Origin: Blastocystis sp. Blastoise
Taxonomy: Eukaryota; Protista; Bigyra: Opalinata
Reading direction: 5' to 3'
Assembly (NCBI GenBank): GCA_039096225.1
Contig: JBBPEB010000014.1
Span: forward strand, 1,426,001-1,490,000
Length of the DNA stretch: 64,000 nt
A model generated the notes under the pieces. It did not search any database. It saw nothing but the letters and a program-made list of their open reading frames with translations, and was not told the DNA's origin. The stretch's first letter is position 1. Every line of letters starts with the position of its first letter. This document shows, one piece after another, positions 58,830-64,000 of the stretch. A program made the position numbers and the translations under genes.

Positions 58830-58969
58830 TTGCAAAAAAAAAAAAAAATAAACCAAACAAAAAACTTTTTTAGGGTCTTGTGTTAATCATTAATATATTT
58901 CTAATATATTAATAACGAAACATTTGTATTCATACTTGATTCATTACAGTAACAATAGTGTTAAAAAGC

Positions 58970-59365
58970 TTATTCGCTCTTTTCAACCTTAGCAGCAGCA
59001 CGAGCAGTACGAATAGCAAAGCTGTTAGGACTAGGACGCTTGCCATTGGGAGCAGCTACAACATTAACGAAACGTCTGTTGTAACAAAGTCTCTTCTATA
59101 TATATATATAATTATATATCAGCTTTCATTATGATAAATGCTTTATATAGTTAATTATATATGCAATTCGCAAGAGAAAAATAGCAAATTGATATTTATA
59201 AATGGAAAAAGATATATTGTTCTCAATTTCATCATTCTATTATCATATCAATATATATACGTGAGCGCGACCCTTAGCTTGCTTTTGTTTTTCTTGTTTA
59301 TCAACCTTAGGAGTTTGATTTCTGACCTTACCAGCACGAGAAAGAGAACCGTGAACTTTACCCAT
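58970..59365 (-). CDS. RPS30: 40S ribosomal protein S30 (eS30), two exons, not ubiquitin-like-fused
   Basis: [35 protein letters not shown]|[13 protein letters not shown]...SPNS. Confidence 0.96.
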
Positions 59366-59982
59366 TATGAATAGATCACTTAGTAAATACGCTTATCAAA
59401 TTATCAACTTACGAATCTTCTAAATACAATAGACTTAAAATTTATTCAATTACTCTCCTTTTTAAGTGAATGGTTTTCTTACATTCTTTTCTGTTTCCTT
59501 CTTGATAAGTAAACTTTTCATTATAAGAATCGTGATTATTTGATAACCGTAGTTATCCCTTTTGTTTATATTTGGAATCACAAATTTCCCGTGAAAAATA
59601 TTGACATTTATTACCAGTTATCAAAGGTAATCCTACTCAACAAAGAATATTTCATTGGTTTTTTCTCTTCATTTCATTGGATGATTTCTTCTGGCTTTTA
59701 TTGACCGATTTCATTCAGCTATTTTATATAAAAGAAATTCCCGTTAGACTTTTTGTGATTTGACTACAACAATCAATTATATTTACAAATACCTTTATTT
59801 ATAGTTATTTTAATTAATACCTGTTTAGAAATAAAAATAAACCTGAATATATGAATTACCCTAATGAGATGGGTTTTTTGATTCAAGGGATTTCAGTCCA
59901 ATTAATCATTAACTTGAAAAAGTAAGATCAATCTTAAAAAAGAATCTTTTTCTTATTATTTTTAAATTCTTTTATAGACGTT

Positions 59983-60941
59983 ATGGAATATCAAGTATAT
60001 GCTCTGAAATTCGTTAAAATTGATCTGTGATAGGTTACATTTACAGGTGATAGTTTAGGTTTACATTTAAAGCCTGTTGATAAGACTAGTGTTTGGTTTG
60101 GAATTGCAGGAAACAGTATTTTATTTCTTATTAGAATTTGTATTATTCCTTATAACTATGTTGTTTATAGATTGTGCTGCTGTTGTGAATAAATTTTTGG
60201 CATTACCTAATGGAGAAACAAGTGAAGCTGAAGCCTCTGGTCAAATTATTGTTGGTGATCTTTTAGTTGCAGTCAAAAGTAATTTTGTTTATATTTTTTG
60301 ATTTTTTGTGTTTGTCAACTCTATAATTACTTTATTTAGCTGAGAATATATTGAAGGTGAATTACAAAGAAGTCATTCAACTATTACAAAACATATCTCG
60401 TCCTTTAACATTAACTTTCAGAACTAACAGACAAATCCCTTCAGTAATATATCGTGAACAATTAAATCATAATACTGTTGCTGTATGTAAAAGTTTTTTT
60501 TTTGTTAATTTATTTTTATTATATATTTATTATTAGTATTTTTTGTTAATTTATTTTTATTTATTTTAATTTTATTATTATATTATTTATATGTTTATGT
60601 TATTCATATATTATAATTATATATATATATATATAGGAGATCTACCATACAAAAGAGGGATTGAAAAAGATTCAAGAAGATGTTCATGAGACTTTAAATG
60701 ATTATTTTAATATTAAAAAGTTACGTGAAGAAGAAGGTTCTAAAGATGTATCTTTATATATATATATATAATTATTAAAAACACATTATTAAAATTATCT
60801 TATAGTTAGAATCTGCTCAACATAAATTAGAAGAAGAAAAAATTGAAGGAGAAAAGAGAATTGAAGAAGAATTAAACCATAAAAAAGAAAAAGAATCAGA
60901 ATTAAATCATTATAATAATATTCGCTCCGAAGAATATAATA

Positions 60942-60977
<36 letters not shown>

Positions 60978-61335
60978 GTTTATTATTATGTTTATTATTA
61001 TGTTTATTATGTTTATTATGTTTATTATTATATAAATATTTATTATTATTATTATGTTTATTATGTTTATTATGTTTATTATTATATAAATATTTATTAT
61101 TATTATATTTCTATACTATGTTATTCATCATAAAATATAATCTATATAAAGATGCTTAAGGAGCGTAAGATTGCTCGTGTAAAAGATGAAGAAGGAGATC
61201 TTATGTATTTTGCTTGTATGGGATGTAAGAGTGCTGTAGAAGATATTAAACGAACTATCTCACCAAGAGTAGAAGGAAAAATTGATATTGATGTATTTGT
61301 TTATTATATATATATATTTTTTTTTTATTTTATCA

Positions 61336-61395
<60 letters not shown>

Positions 61396-61862
61396 ACTAT
61401 ATATGAATGACCATGTCTATATTCTTAACTATATAATAATATTATAGCCTTCTCCTTTGTTAGATTTAATTAAACTTATTAAACAATATGAAGAAATCAA
61501 ACAATTATATTTATTCTCTATGGTATCTATTTATTATATTTATTTCCCTTTTTATTATTATTTATTCTTAGAACTGTACAGAAGAAGAGAAAACTACTAT
61601 TGATTGGAAAGATTGGTAGATATATAATATATATAATTATTTTTTTCTATTTCACTATATATTCTATCCTATATCTATTATTTTTCCATTAAATAAATAT
61701 CTTATATATATATATTGGACTGAACGTATTGCTAAAGTATCTATTGGAATACAAACAGCTATAAAGGATTCACCTGATATTTGTATTTGTATCTATAATA
61801 TATTAAAAGAAAATGTTACTCTTCTCGAAGTAGCAGGACGAGCTGCTAGAGATAAACAATAA
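59983..61862 (+). CDS. PDZ-domain protein with coiled-coil and Cys-containing C-terminal region
   Basis: VTFTGDSLGLHLKP...AEASGQIIVGDLLVAV...NYKEVIQLLQNISRPLTLTFR is a PDZ fold. Multi-exon, stop at 61860-61862. Confidence 0.8.
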
Positions 61863-62581
61863 CTTTTTTATTTCTCAATATTTTTTATGAATACATGTTT
61901 TATTTTGTCTATTTATTAATATTCTCAACTATATTTTTTTTTTCTCTTTTCTCTATGATTTTTCTTATCATTTATTAGCAATAGTTTGTTTAAAAACTAT
62001 TTTAACTCTTAGCTTTCACAAAAAGAATAGATTCATTTCTTATATATTTAAATAATCAATTATTTCTTGTGCATTAAGCATTACAGATCAACTGTAATCG
62101 TCAGTCATATATGAAATAGCGTCTATCAACACAAAGCAACTCATTAAATTGTCAACAATGCTAAATAAAATTATATTTAATTAGGAATAGCAATCCCTAA
62201 TGAGTAAACAGTTCATTTGTTGTTGTTTATGATACTAGATTATGAAAGTAAAATTGATTCTGTCAGGAATGCAACTTAAAAAACTTTGAAACATCCTTTT
62301 CTTTCCCGAAATTGTTGTTTCCAATACTTTTGAATATATTACATTTAATTATATGCATCTATTTTACACAAATGAACACTGCATCAACTTGATGAAAGCT
62401 TATATTATTACATTTCATCTTTACAAATAATCTAAACATATAAAAGTTCACAACACTTTATTTATTTTCATTTTCAAAATGACATACTCTGTCTCTAGTT
62501 CAATTAAAAATATCGTTTATATTTTTTCTTTTTATTACTTTTTTATTTATTTTAAATAAAAGTCGACAGACTCCCTGAGAA

Positions 62582-64000
62582 ATGAATGATATTAACTTCC
62601 AACTATATGTATTAAAGTTTTACAAAGATTATGCTCCAGATAAATTGTCTACTGCTCCGAGGATTATACAAAAATCTAAAGGAAAAGAAGACATACTTCT
62701 TAATTCGTTAGAGAAGAAATATGATAAACGTATTGATCGAAACTTACCTATTTCAGACGTTTATGATTTCCATTCATCAAATTTTGATCCAGAATTAGCG
62801 CTTCTTGCACCTTTAAAGCCTCCAATAGAGGGTTGCCTACCTTTAGATAATTTATCAAAATGTTGTTGCCTTGTATGTGATCCCTATCCAATATAATTGT
62901 CTCTTCTAGTTGCCCAAAACACATCCAGAATATGTAGATCCACCAAAACCTATTCTAAAAGAAGTAAAACCAAAATGTAAACGAATCAATTATAAACATT
63001 CATTGTTGATTCTATAGTGCAAGGTCGAAACGTTATTCGTGAAATGGCAGGTATTTCTTTCTTTCTTTATATACATATATTTAAACTTTTTAAAAATAAA
63101 ATACATTTGATATATATTATTTTTTCTCTTTTATTTTTAGATAAATTACAGAATGGTCCTTTTTCATTACTTTATAATTCATATATATATCATACAAAAA
63201 TAAGAATAGTAACTCGTCGAATCAATGGAATTCGTGGATTTCTAACAGGATATGTCAAAGGATTTGATAAACATATGAATATTGTATATAAATATATATG
63301 TTGGTATATTCTTTAATTGTTTTCTATTATTGTTTTCATTCATTTTATTTATTAATTATTATTTTTTCTTTTTATTATTCATATTATTCATTATTCATAT
63401 TCTTTATTAATTCATTATTCACATTATTCATTAATTATCCACATTATTCATTAATTATTCACATTATTCATTAATTATTCACATTATTCATTAATTATTC
63501 ACATTATTCATTAATTAATTATTCACATTATTCATTAATTAATTATTATTTAATCAATTAATTATTATTTAATCAATTAATTATTCATTTTATTTTCTAT
63601 CTACTACATATTTTAGCTATTAAAAGATGCATATGAAGAATGGACACAATTCATACCTAAATCTATAGATGAAGAAAAGAAATGTATATATACATATATA
63701 TTCTTTTTTTACTATATATATTTTGAATCTATTCAGTATTCTATAAAATATATACGCTCTATCTACACAATTAACATTTATTAATATCTTCTATGTTTCA
63801 TTCTATATAGTAACAACGTCACATCCTTCTGTATTAAAAGAAGAAGAAAAAGACAATGATGATTTTTATATCGATATTTCACTCTCTTCAAATAAGCTTC
63901 ATCCCGTGTCACATCTGCCACTTGATCTTGAAAATGAATTTCATATAAATAATAATAATAATAAAACCTATCAAAATAATAAAGAAATACAAAATAAAAA
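62582..64000 (+). CDS. LSM11: LSM11-like (U7 snRNP-type Sm-like) protein, runs off window end
   Basis: DFHSSNFDPELALL...PLDNLSKC N-terminal motif, and Sm1 GPFSLLY...IRIVTRRINGIRGFLTGYVKGFDKHMNI|LLKDAYEEW followed by a long low-complexity insert. Confidence 0.82.
63400..63585. repeat. Intronic ~20-bp tandem repeat (ATTATTCACATTATTCATTA)
   Basis: Direct reading. Confidence 0.8.

Noticed and set aside
36794-61862. Stop codons completed by polyadenylation (Blastocystis trait)
   Set aside because: All genes whose ends I could trace have genomic stop codons.

Overview
Extremely AT-rich, intron-dense eukaryotic DNA. Short introns, a U12-type AT-AC intron, TGTTTGTT-like 3' motifs and a complex II assembly factor suggest a Blastocystis-like stramenopile (inference only). 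The left ~32 kb is a gene-poor mobile-element zone. It holds the intronless 3' end of a large double-vWA protein gene, an intron-containing hAT transposase gene interrupted by a 520-bp TA-duplicating MITE, several tRNA-like Pol III relics and a possible decayed non-LTR element. It also holds four copies (3.0-4.3 kb) of a non-coding Helitron-like family with atypical 5'-TT...hairpin-CTTG-3' ends, no target duplication and A^T targets. These copies are arranged as a 3.8-kb inverted pair, one exact nested insertion and one head-to-tail junction. The right ~32 kb is gene-dense: a lineage-specific multi-exon gene, choline-phosphate cytidylyltransferase, a coiled-coil protein, hypothetical proteins, a Qa-SNARE syntaxin, an FxFG nucleoporin with a Nup2/Nup50-like helix, SRP receptor alpha, SDHAF2, RPS30, a PDZ protein and a partial LSM11-like gene. 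Exon boundaries were read by eye and are approximate where stated.
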